DNA of 50,804 bases from Dokdonia sp. (lineage in GTDB: Bacteria; Bacteroidota; Bacteroidia; Flavobacteriales; Flavobacteriaceae), in assembly GCA_023299935.1 (NCBI GenBank), contig JALZVV010000098.1:1-50804 (forward strand). The letters run 5' to 3'. Below the pieces are notes generated by a model. It ran no database searches and had not been told where the DNA came from. It worked only from the letters and a program-made list of their open reading frames with translations. Shown piece by piece: positions 38,356-47,231 of the stretch. The first letter of the stretch is position 1, and every line of letters starts with the position of its first letter. The position numbers were made by a program, and so were the translations under genes.

Positions 38356-40041
38356 CTATAGGGTATCTCCTTCCAGACTCAAGTTATCAAAACGGCTATT
38401 GCCGCTATCAGAAGTAGTACTTGTCTCATCAAATCGTATTCGAACCTTAAAATCTAGATTGTTATTAACCTGAGTAATTGCAGAAAAGTCAAACTCAAAT
38501 AATTCATAATCTTCTGTGAGTGTAAAAACAGTAGCACTAATTCCTGTATCTATAAAATCTGATCCATTTACGGTATAATCTATTTGAAATGTCTCAGAAC
38601 CACTTCCAGATCGCCGTACAGCAAATATGAGTGAGAGATTTTCATATCCTGTAGAAGGCACAGTAATAATAAAATCTCCTGATGGATTTCTTAATCGTAG
38701 CCCTGTACCCGCTTCATCTTGATTTCTTGCATTTAACTCGCTACCTCCTACATCATCAAAAGAATCACCATTATACTCTAAACTTCCATTACCTATATTA
38801 GGTGTAATTAGTGTGGCCAAGTCTGTATCATCATTAAAGTTCCAATATTGAAATAATTCAAATTGTGAGTTTGATGATTGTGGCGCCGTGTTATCAATCT
38901 CTCCTTCCACACTTAAATTATCAAAACGGCTATTCCCACTGTCTGAAACACTACTATCTTCATCAAAGGTGAGTCTTACTTTAAAATTTGGGTTATTATC
39001 TACCCCTTCAATTCCAGTAAAATCAAATTCTCTCAATTCATAAGATTCTGAAATAACAAAAGTAGATGGGTCAATGCCAGCCTCTGTATACGTTGTTCCA
39101 TCTGTAGTATAAGCAATATCAAAATCTTGAGAGCCACTTCCAGATCGAGTAACCGCAAATTTAACTTCAATATTTCTATACCCTGTTGTAGGTATGTTCA
39201 TTATTAAATCTCCAGAAGGGTTACGAAGGCGCAATCCCTTTCCTGGTTCAGCTTGATTTCTTGCATTGAGATCACTACCATCTACATCATCAAAGGTAGC
39301 TCCAAAATAAGATAAACTCCCATCACCTACGTTAGGTGTTATAAGTGTAATATTATCGGTATCATCATTAAAATCCCAATAGTGAAAAAGCTCCGTATTC
39401 CCTCCTGGCGGTGGTGTACCATCTCCAGTAGGAATACCATCTAGTGTAAAGTTATCAAAGCGAGAGTTTCCAGAATCACCATCTGCATTGATATCAAATT
39501 CAATTCTGATTTTAAAATTAGGATTGTTATCCGTATCGGGGATATCAGCAAAATCAAATTGACGCAAAATATATGTTTCAGTAACTCCGTAAGAGGTATT
39601 CTCTAATCCAGCTTGAGTAAAAGTATTTCCATCTGTTGTATAAAAAAAGGTCTGTTGTTGTGCGCCACTATTAGAACGTTTTACGGCATACGTTACTATT
39701 GCGTCTTCAAAACCCGTAGTAGGAAGGTCTACTATAAAATCTCCAGAAGGGTTTCTTAATCTTAAGGCATCTCCCTCTAGGTCATTATTTCTTACATTTA
39801 ATAAGCTAGAATCATCTACATCATCAAATTCTGCTCCTTGATAAGTCATTAATGCTCCTCCTATAGTTTGAGTAGGCATAATAAGTGTCTCAGTACTTGA
39901 TACATCATTAAAATTCCAGTAGTGAACAAGCTCGAAGTTCGAGGTTTCAGGAATTGTTATGTCAATAATTTCAAAATCTCTATCTGTCGTGCAAGAAAAC
40001 AGAACTAGTATAACCGCTATAAAAGCAAAGTATTTGATCAT
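38356..40041 (-). CDS. Acidic lipoprotein made of three tandem ~185-aa homologous domains
   Basis: Lipobox LFSC; three copies of (H/Q)YW(N/D)FND...LRLRNPSGD...TGY/F...RS.SG...SGNSRFDN. Confidence 0.8.
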   Translation of the reverse strand: MIKYFAFIAVILVLFSCTTDRDFEIIDITIPETSNFELVHYWNFNDVSSTETLIMPTQTIGGALMTYQGAEFDDVDDSSLLNVRNNDLEGDALRLRNPSGDFIVDLPTTGFEDAIVTYAVKRSNSGAQQQTFFYTTDGNTFTQAGLENTSYGVTETYILRQFDFADIPDTDNNPNFKIRIEFDINADGDSGNSRFDNFTLDGIPTGDGTPPPGGNTELFHYWDFNDDTDNITLITPNVGDGSLSYFGATFDDVDGSDLNARNQAEPGKGLRLRNPSGDLIMNIPTTGYRNIEVKFAVTRSGSGSQDFDIAYTTDGTTYTEAGIDPSTFVISESYELREFDFTGIEGVDNNPNFKVRLTFDEDSSVSDSGNSRFDNLSVEGEIDNTAPQSSNSQFELFQYWNFNDDTDLATLITPNIGNGSLEYNGDSFDDVGGSELNARNQDEAGTGLRLRNPSGDFIITVPSTGYENLSLIFAVRRSGSGSETFQIDYTVNGSDFIDTGISATVFTLTEDYELFEFDFSAITQVNNNLDFKVRIRFDETSTTSDSGNSRFDNLSLEGDTL

Positions 40042-40057
40042 CTCAATAAATTTTGAT

Positions 40058-40113
40058 CAAAAGTACTTGCCCATTGTTAAGCTATTGTTAATCCTAAATT
40101 AGTTGATTGTTAA
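40058..40113 (-). promoter_or_regulatory. Promoter (-7 TACTTTTG) with 11-bp-phased TTAACAAT direct repeats (Pho-box/OmpR-like)
   Basis: ATTGTTAA at 40073, 40084 and 40106; CAAAAGTA at 40058-40065. Confidence 0.55.
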
Positions 40114-40213
40114 TTCTTACTAAGGAGATTCAAAAGGAATAAAACGATATAAAAAAGACTTATACCAAACGAACTGCTAGCCTCACATCTCTGTGAAGCC
40201 CTGCTATTACTTG

Positions 40214-40287
40214 TGGAGAAGATGGGATTCGAACCCACGACCTCTTGACTGCCAGTCAAGCGCTCTAGCCAACTGAGCTACATCCCC
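40214..40287 (-). tRNA. tRNA-Ala (anticodon GGC)
   Basis: Reverse complement GGGGATGTAGCTCAGTTGGCTAGAGCGCTTGACTGGCAGTCAAGAGGTCGTGGGTTCGAATCCCATCTTCTCCA; G3:U70 Ala determinant; CCA not encoded. Confidence 0.96.
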
Positions 40288-40368
40288 TTTTTCGTGCCTT
40301 GCTATTGGTGCTGTGCCCAACACAGCTTTAGCTAAACCTGTCCCAACGGTAGGTCGGGAAGCGCAACA

Positions 40369-41166
40369 CTACTGCTCCTGAGCGGCTAATATAAGCAAGG
40401 GTTTTGTGGTATAAAATTCTTTTTTAAGCACTGTCCCTTTTTCCCAAAGCTTTTTAAAGAAGCCTCTCTTTCTTCGTACTACACAAATCATATCAGGATT
40501 ATGAGATTGGAAATGTTCTAGCACCCCTTGATAGGTAGTTGCGTTTTCTGTTCTAGTATAGCTGTTTTGTAACCTCTCTAATTTACCACTCACCTGCTCC
40601 ATTTCTAATGTGCTTGTAGGTGTTTTTACATGAAGCAAATCTAAGCTCGTATTGAAAAGTTTTATGAGCTTGGGCAATGGCTCCAGCATACTTTTCTTTG
40701 AGAAGACACCGTTCTTAAAGGCCATTAGTATTTTTTTGGGACCACTAAAAATAGCGCCATCTGGTACTATTAATACTGGCATATTTGTCCCTTTTACCAA
40801 CCCTCCGGTCGTTTTGCCTAAGTACACATCTTCATTTATTGAATTACTGCGAGGAGACAATACCATTAAATCTACTGGCACGTGTTTGTTAAAACGCTTA
40901 ACACCTTCTAAAACTTCTCCTTTTATGGGGTGAGCAATTACAGAAATTCCTTTAAAATCTACTTTTTTGAGCGCTTTTGATATCCGGTTTTCCGAATCCT
41001 CTTTAAGTAAGGAATTTACTTTAGACAATCCGCCAACTTTTGAGAATTCTTGAAAAACAGAGATAACATAAACATTTGCATCTGCTTCTTGGGCTAAATC
41101 AATAGCATACTGAAGTGTGTCTACGCCTGTTGATGAAGAGCCTAAAGGCACAAGTATATTTTTCAT
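40369..41166 (-). CDS. Universal stress protein (tandem Usp domains)
   Basis: MKNILVP, YA..LA, LGKTT..LVK....PVLIVP, PLLIL. Confidence 0.85.
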   Translation of the reverse strand: MKNILVPLGSSSTGVDTLQYAIDLAQEADANVYVISVFQEFSKVGGLSKVNSLLKEDSENRISKALKKVDFKGISVIAHPIKGEVLEGVKRFNKHVPVDLMVLSPRSNSINEDVYLGKTTGGLVKGTNMPVLIVPDGAIFSGPKKILMAFKNGVFSKKSMLEPLPKLIKLFNTSLDLLHVKTPTSTLEMEQVSGKLERLQNSYTRTENATTYQGVLEHFQSHNPDMICVVRRKRGFFKKLWEKGTVLKKEFYTTKPLLILAAQEQ

Positions 41167-41383
41167 AGATATGGGTCTTTTTATTTCTACTCTGCAAAAA
41201 TACTTCTATTCTGTGATTGTCTGTATATAAATTTGGGAAATAGCAAAATATGTGTTTTTCCTATTTATCTGTCAATCAATGTAAAACAGAAAATACATCT
41301 CTTGTTTTGTAAGGAATAATGATACTTATTGACTATACCCTAATGTTCATTGAACATTATCCTAACAAAAACGAATACTAATT

Positions 41384-42442
41384 ATGAAAAAAACTACCCT
41401 ATTCCTTGCCTTATTATTTTTGCCTTTTGTTCTTTTTGCACAAGTGTCCAATGTCGTTACAGGACTATCTGACCCCTTTGATGTGGTTGTAGAAGGTTCT
41501 GATGCTTACGTAGCTGAATTTTCTGGAAATGCCATTGTACGCGTAGACCTAACAGCTGCCAATCCAGTTCCAGAAGATGTGGTAACAGGTATTGCTGGGC
41601 CTACGAGTTTGCTTTTTGATGGCGATGATGTGTATATTTCTCAAGTGGGCGGGCTAATTACTCGAAGAGATGCTAGCGACCTTACCTCAAACCAGACTAC
41701 TATAGCAAGTGGCCTTGTAACACCAGTTTCTATGGTGCGTATAGATAATGACTTATATTTTTCTGAGTTTCAAGGAGGTCGTATCGGTCGTATAGACCTT
41801 GCTACAGGGAGCGTTACAACCGTAATAAATAATCTTAATTTTCCAGAGCAAATGGTACTTGTGGGCGATGAAATCTTTTTTGCGCACGCAGGTGCAAATC
41901 GCGTTTCAAAATTTGACGTTACAGAAGCAAACCCTGTAATTGAAGATGTAGTAACGGGACTCAACAATCCCGCAGGCATTCACGCTGTTGGAACCTCCCT
42001 TTTTGTTACAGAATTTATCAATAACGGTTCCATCTTTAGAATAGAAACTGCTGATGCTTCACCTACTGCCGAAGAAATAGTTGCTGGACAAAACAACCCT
42101 TTTGGGGTGAGTTTTTATGATGAAGATCTCTATTTTGTGCAAAATGGTTCTGGCATCCTGTCTCGTTACGAAGGGAATGTCCTTTCTATTAACGATCAAG
42201 TACTATCAGAAGCTTTGAGTCTTTTTCCTAACCCAAGTTCAGGGCCTATTACTATTAGTGGCTTAGAAAATGAAATTCTAAGTAGTGCAACAATTGTAGA
42301 TGTCACTGGCCGTATCGTAAAGGAGTTTGAAACATCAGAATTAACGTCAAATACTATTAATTTTAATGGGTCAAAAGGAACCTACTTTATAAACTTAAAT
42401 ACTACTAAGGGAGTTGTTGTAAAACAATTTGTAATACAGTAA
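41384..42442 (+). CDS. T9SS type A sorting domain protein with NHL-like beta-propeller repeats
   Basis: Signal peptide; about six VVTGL..P repeats; CTD LFPNP...GTYFINL...KQFVIQ. Confidence 0.85.
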   Translation: MKKTTLFLALLFLPFVLFAQVSNVVTGLSDPFDVVVEGSDAYVAEFSGNAIVRVDLTAANPVPEDVVTGIAGPTSLLFDGDDVYISQVGGLITRRDASDLTSNQTTIASGLVTPVSMVRIDNDLYFSEFQGGRIGRIDLATGSVTTVINNLNFPEQMVLVGDEIFFAHAGANRVSKFDVTEANPVIEDVVTGLNNPAGIHAVGTSLFVTEFINNGSIFRIETADASPTAEEIVAGQNNPFGVSFYDEDLYFVQNGSGILSRYEGNVLSINDQVLSEALSLFPNPSSGPITISGLENEILSSATIVDVTGRIVKEFETSELTSNTINFNGSKGTYFINLNTTKGVVVKQFVIQ

Positions 42443-42525
42443 ATCTATTTTAAGCCTTAAACCGTATGGCGGTTTATTCAGGAATAGACGTATTTTTGTA
42501 GTCGTACAATTAATCTGTTTATATA

Positions 42526-43029
42526 GTGATTTTACAAGCACAGGTTTCGGAAGTAGCAGGAATTCTCGAGCTAACTCGAGCTTGTGCTAAAGCTATGATT
42601 GCTCAAAATATCTTCCAATGGAATGAGCATTACCCCTCGCAAGAGGCTTTTGAGAATGACATTGAAAGAGGAGAGTTGTTTGTCTTAAAACAAGAAAACA
42701 AGCTTATAGGTACGGTCGTCATCTCCACACATATGGACGAAGAATATGTTCCAATTGAGTGGCTTACTCAAAACACAAACAACTACTATATCCATAGGCT
42801 TGCCGTGCGTCCTAACTATCAGCATAAAGGCTATGCGCGCCAGTTAATGGACTATGCAGAAGCTTTCGCGAAAGCAAAAAAAGCCGCCTCCATCCGGCTA
42901 GATACTTTTAGTCAAAATCATAGAAACCAGCGATTTTATGAAGCTCGTGGTTATCAACGGTTAGGAAGTATCTTTTTCCCGAAACAAAGTAAACATCCTT
43001 TTTACTGTTATGAACTTGTATGGCCGTAA
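42526..43029 (+). CDS. GNAT family N-acetyltransferase
   Basis: QWNEHYP, IHRLAV.P.YQHKGYA, IRLDT...N...RFYE.RGY. Confidence 0.88.
   Translation: MILQAQVSEVAGILELTRACAKAMIAQNIFQWNEHYPSQEAFENDIERGELFVLKQENKLIGTVVISTHMDEEYVPIEWLTQNTNNYYIHRLAVRPNYQHKGYARQLMDYAEAFAKAKKAASIRLDTFSQNHRNQRFYEARGYQRLGSIFFPKQSKHPFYCYELVWP
42862..42875. repeat. Iterated palindrome copy 10, in the GNAT gene
   Basis: GCTTTCGCGAAAGC, encodes AFAKA. Confidence 0.9.
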
Positions 43030-44354
43030 TTGACATCTCCTTTAAGCGCATACAACAACTCGCCATACCGGCCATAATCGCAGGTATAGCAGAGCCTATT
43101 TTATCCAGCACAGATGCTGCTGTTGTTGGTAATATGGAGGCCTATAGCACAGAGTCTCTTGCGGCTATTGGTATTGTCGGGACATTTCTGTCCATGCTTA
43201 TTTGGGTTTTAGGACAAACTCGAAGCGCTATTGCGACTATTATTGCACAGAATCTAGGGGCTGGAAAAATAGATGAAATTAAAATCTTACCGGCACAGGC
43301 AATCTATTTTAATGTGCTACTTAGCCTTATTGTTCTAGGAGGCACCTACTTTTTTGTAGAAGAAATTTTTATGTTTTTTAATGCAGAAGACTTGGTGCTA
43401 GATTTAAGTATTGATTATTATAATATTAGGGTTTGGGGCTTCCCGCTCACCTTGTTCACCTTTGCTGTTTTTGGGATATTTAGAGGTCTTCAAAATACTT
43501 TCTGGCCTATGTTAGTAGCTGCTTCTGGCGCGATTATTAATATTGGGTTGGATTTTCTATTGGTCTATGGTTTTGAAGATATCATTCCGGCAATGGGAGT
43601 AAAAGGTGCCGCTTGGGCAAGTCTCATTTCTCAGGTAATTATGGCCTTACTTGCGCTTGTTTTTCTTCTTTTTAAAACTAATGTTTCTTTGCGTTTACAA
43701 TTTCCGTTACATCCTGAAATAAAAAGACTTGCGGGTATGAGTCTCAACCTATTTGTGCGCTCCATATCACTTAATGTAGCATTAGTGCTCGCAGTAAGAG
43801 AGGCAACGGCACTTGGAACAGAAGTAGTTGCTGCGCATACCATAGCTGCCAATATCTGGCTCTTTACCGCATTTTTTATTGATGGTTATGGCGCTGCCGG
43901 TAATGTAATAAGCGGTAGGCTATTAGGTGCTAAAGATTATAAATCTCTATGGACCCTTACAAAACGGGTTAATAGCTATAACCTAATTGTGTGTGTCGTC
44001 TTAATGTTTGCTGCCACTGTTTTGTATAGCCAATTAGGGGAGCTTTTTAGCAATGAAAAAGCCGTGCTAGACAATTTTTACGGTGTGTTTTTTATAGTAA
44101 TCTTGATACAGCCTCTTAATTCTATTGCCTTTACCCTAGACTCTATTTTTAAGGGTCTCGGAGAAATGGCTTACTTAAGAAATACCTTGCTTATTGCCAC
44201 TTTTATTGGCTTTGTGCCTATGCTTTACCTCGCAAATCAACTGCAATGGGGGTTAAAAGGAGTGTGGATTGCCTTTGTGGTTTGGATGCTGTTTAGGGCG
44301 TCTATATTAGTTTATAAATATTGGTCAAAATACTATGTATTAGCAAAAAGCTAA
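43020..44354 (+). CDS. MATE family efflux transporter (DinF-like)
   Basis: LAIPAI, D.AVVG, GIFRGLQNT..P, NI.LD, GV.GAAWA; about 12 TM segments. Confidence 0.92.
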   Translation: MAVIDISFKRIQQLAIPAIIAGIAEPILSSTDAAVVGNMEAYSTESLAAIGIVGTFLSMLIWVLGQTRSAIATIIAQNLGAGKIDEIKILPAQAIYFNVLLSLIVLGGTYFFVEEIFMFFNAEDLVLDLSIDYYNIRVWGFPLTLFTFAVFGIFRGLQNTFWPMLVAASGAIINIGLDFLLVYGFEDIIPAMGVKGAAWASLISQVIMALLALVFLLFKTNVSLRLQFPLHPEIKRLAGMSLNLFVRSISLNVALVLAVREATALGTEVVAAHTIAANIWLFTAFFIDGYGAAGNVISGRLLGAKDYKSLWTLTKRVNSYNLIVCVVLMFAATVLYSQLGELFSNEKAVLDNFYGVFFIVILIQPLNSIAFTLDSIFKGLGEMAYLRNTLLIATFIGFVPMLYLANQLQWGLKGVWIAFVVWMLFRASILVYKYWSKYYVLAKS

Positions 44355-46186
44355 GCTGCTTCCCCTTGCATAGGCTTGCCTAGATATGCGACCATACAAT
44401 TCTCAAAAGACTTTAATTCAAGGTTTTCAGTATAGGAACCTATAATATCTATAGTGCCATCTTTTGCTTTTACAAACAATGGAATCATATCTACGTCATT
44501 TGTAAGGGCCTTTATAACTGCCTGATATTCTTCTATCGAATTGATAGGCACCTCCTGTATAGCTGGGTATTTTCTTGATACTTCGATTAGATTGATAAAA
44601 TCATCTGTAGCAGAAAAGAGTCCTTCTTTAGGAATTTTATTTTTGTCTTCTATCTCATTCTTGGTAATTAGTCTAAACGAGCCGTTTTCTCCAAATTGCT
44701 TTTTAAACTTCTCTAAAACATAGCTATTAATCTCATTATTACCCGTAAGTGCCATAAGATACCCTACATCACTTAGCTCTATATCAGACACCAGGTCGTC
44801 AGAATAAATATTTCCTTCTATTGCCGCAAGGTCTAAATCTCTCGCTGCTCTAATATTATTTGCATTACTATCTACAAGTACGACGTGTCTGCCATTTTTT
44901 TGTAAATATCTAGCGATAAGTCTAGAAACTTCTGAAGCTCCAATGATTAGTATCCCTTGAGATTTTGTTAAAAAGACTCCTATTGCTTTGGCAAATAATC
45001 GTGCCGTTGTCGCATTTAATAATACTGTTCCCAGTACAATCATAAATACTAGCGGAGTTATATACTCTGCTCCGGGTTCTCCTGCTATAATAAGTTTGGA
45101 TCCAAATAATGAAGCAATCCCGGCAGCCACGATACCACGAGGCCCAACCCAACTTATAAAGACTCTTTCATTCATCTTTAAATCTGAGCCTTTTGTGCTT
45201 AAGAAAACCCCAATAGGCCGCACTACAAAGGCCACTACAAGAAATAAAGCCAGAGTTTCCCATCGGTAAATAAGTTCCAAGTCTGCCATATTAATATTAG
45301 CCGCGAGCAAAATAAAAAGAATAGAAATTAATAAAACACTAAGCGATTCTTTAAAATACAATAACTCTTTAAGGTTGGGAAGATTAATATTACCTAGAAC
45401 CATTCCCATAACCACAACTGCGAGTAGTCCAGACTCATGGGCAAACATATCAGACATCACAAACACACCTAAAACCGCAGAGAGGGTAAATACGTTTAAT
45501 AAATAATGAGGGATTAATTTTTTCTTAGTTGCAAAAGCTAGTGCGTGAGCAAAAGAAAAACCAAAAGTACTCCCAAACAAGACAATTTTTCCGAACTCCT
45601 CCAGAGCCGTAAGCGTAAACTCACCTCCTCCTTCTGCAACAATAAATTCATAAACCAATACAGCTACAAGAGCGCCTATTGGGTCAATTAAAATCCCTTC
45701 CCATTTGAGAACGGAAGACACATCTTTTTTAAGCGGAATATTCCTTAAGATAGGTGATATTACAGTAGGTCCAGTCACAATGATTAGCCCTGAAAACAGG
45801 AATGAAATCTTTAAACTCAGTCCAAAAATAAAATACGAGGCTACACCAGCCCCAATAAATGTAACTAGACTACCCAGTGTGATTAGTTTTGTAATAACAG
45901 GGCCTATGTTTTTAATTTCGGAGCGCTTAAGCGTTAAACCTCCTTCAAAAAGGATGATGCTTATCGCTAGAGAGACAAAGTAATAAAGGCCATCTCCAGG
46001 AAATAACCCTTCGGTGCCGTTCCAGATAGGTTCTATCCATTTTGTGCCATCTTCAGATAATAAAGTAGATATGGGTCCTACAAAAAGACCTATAAGAATA
46101 AGAGGTAGGATGGCGGGTAGCTTAAGCCTCCAAGCTGTCCATTGAGCGATAATCCCTAAGATAATAATTCCTGCTAATTCTAACAT
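44351..46186 (-). CDS. CPA1 cation:proton antiporter with C-terminal TrkA-N-like domain
   Basis: ILFEGGL, VTGPTVI, WEGILIDP, WVGPRGIVAA, IIGA. Confidence 0.9.
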   Translation of the reverse strand: MLELAGIIILGIIAQWTAWRLKLPAILPLILIGLFVGPISTLLSEDGTKWIEPIWNGTEGLFPGDGLYYFVSLAISIILFEGGLTLKRSEIKNIGPVITKLITLGSLVTFIGAGVASYFIFGLSLKISFLFSGLIIVTGPTVISPILRNIPLKKDVSSVLKWEGILIDPIGALVAVLVYEFIVAEGGGEFTLTALEEFGKIVLFGSTFGFSFAHALAFATKKKLIPHYLLNVFTLSAVLGVFVMSDMFAHESGLLAVVVMGMVLGNINLPNLKELLYFKESLSVLLISILFILLAANINMADLELIYRWETLALFLVVAFVVRPIGVFLSTKGSDLKMNERVFISWVGPRGIVAAGIASLFGSKLIIAGEPGAEYITPLVFMIVLGTVLLNATTARLFAKAIGVFLTKSQGILIIGASEVSRLIARYLQKNGRHVVLVDSNANNIRAARDLDLAAIEGNIYSDDLVSDIELSDVGYLMALTGNNEINSYVLEKFKKQFGENGSFRLITKNEIEDKNKIPKEGLFSATDDFINLIEVSRKYPAIQEVPINSIEEYQAVIKALTNDVDMIPLFVKAKDGTIDIIGSYTENLELKSFENCMVAYLGKPMQGEAA

Positions 46187-46326
46187 GATTGCGTTGGTTT
46201 AATCTGTTGCTTCTGTGCATAGCACAATTGCATAAAAGGAAAGATACAATTCTTTGTTAAAAACTAATGTAACTACATTTCAAAAATAGGGTTTTTCCTT
46301 ATTTTGCAGAGCCTTTGTATCTGGTA

Positions 46327-46342
46327 CGCTTTCGCGAAAGCG
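46327..46342. repeat. Iterated palindrome copy 11, 5' of the MBL hydrolase gene
   Basis: CGCTTTCGCGAAAGCG. Confidence 0.9.
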
Positions 46343-46363
46343 GGATGCACAAACCACAAACCC

Positions 46364-47224
46364 ATGAACATATATCCTATTGAAGCTGGAAATTTTAAAC
46401 TAGATGGCGGCGCCATGTTTGGTGTGGTACCCCAAAGTTTATGGACACGCACCAATCCAGCAGATGCAAACAATATGATTGATATTGCAGCCAGATGTAT
46501 GCTTATTGAAGATGGTGATAAACTTATTCTTGTTGATACGGGTATGGGTAATAAGCAGTCTGATAAATTTTTTGGGTACTATTATCAATGGGGAGACCAT
46601 ACCATAGACCGCTCCCTTGCGAGTCACGGTTTTAATAGAGATGATATCACAGATGTATTTATGACCCATCTGCATTTTGACCATTGCGGGGGGTCGGTTC
46701 AATGGAATAAAAACCGCACAGGCTATGAGCCTGCTTTTAAAAATGCTCGCTATTGGAGCAATAAAGAACACTGGCAATGGGCTACACAGCCTAATAGAAG
46801 AGAGAAAGCTTCTTTTCTTTCTGAAAATATCTTACCCCTTCAAGAAAGTGGGCAACTTCAATTTATTACTAGAGAAAACGGAGTTTATCAAGACAATAAC
46901 GAGCTGGGTTTTGGTATCTTTTTTGCAGATGGGCATACAGAAAAGCAAATGATACCGCATATTTCGTACAAAGGGAAAACCATTGTTTTTATGGCAGATC
47001 TTTTGCCCACAGCTGGACATTTACCTATTCCTTTTGTGATGGGATATGATACGCGACCATTGCTCACATTAGACGAAAAAGAACTATTTTTAAACACTGC
47101 TGCAGATAATGAGTATTATCTTTGGCTAGAGCACGATGCTCACAACCCTATAATAACCGTAAAACATACAGAAAAAGGCGTCCGCCTGAAAGAAAAATTT
47201 ACACTTAACGAATTTTTTAATTAA
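46364..47224 (+). CDS. MBL-fold metallo-hydrolase
   Basis: LDGGAMFG, THLHFDHCGG, GHT, ADL, HD; the ATG at 46364 is more plausible than TTG 46304. Confidence 0.9.
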   Translation: MNIYPIEAGNFKLDGGAMFGVVPQSLWTRTNPADANNMIDIAARCMLIEDGDKLILVDTGMGNKQSDKFFGYYYQWGDHTIDRSLASHGFNRDDITDVFMTHLHFDHCGGSVQWNKNRTGYEPAFKNARYWSNKEHWQWATQPNRREKASFLSENILPLQESGQLQFITRENGVYQDNNELGFGIFFADGHTEKQMIPHISYKGKTIVFMADLLPTAGHLPIPFVMGYDTRPLLTLDEKELFLNTAADNEYYLWLEHDAHNPIITVKHTEKGVRLKEKFTLNEFFN

Positions 47225-47231
47225 AATACTT

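Noticed and set aside
36279-40213. Integrative island at the 3' end of tRNA-Ala
   Set aside because: No integrase and no direct repeat of the tRNA 3' end at the far side; the CCCATCTCCTCA similarity near 36397 is in the wrong orientation.
46304-46363. N-terminal extension of the MBL hydrolase (and similar extensions at 9057, 18978, 19056, 30736, 33540)
   Set aside because: The extensions run through promoter or terminator DNA; downstream ATGs give typical N-termini.
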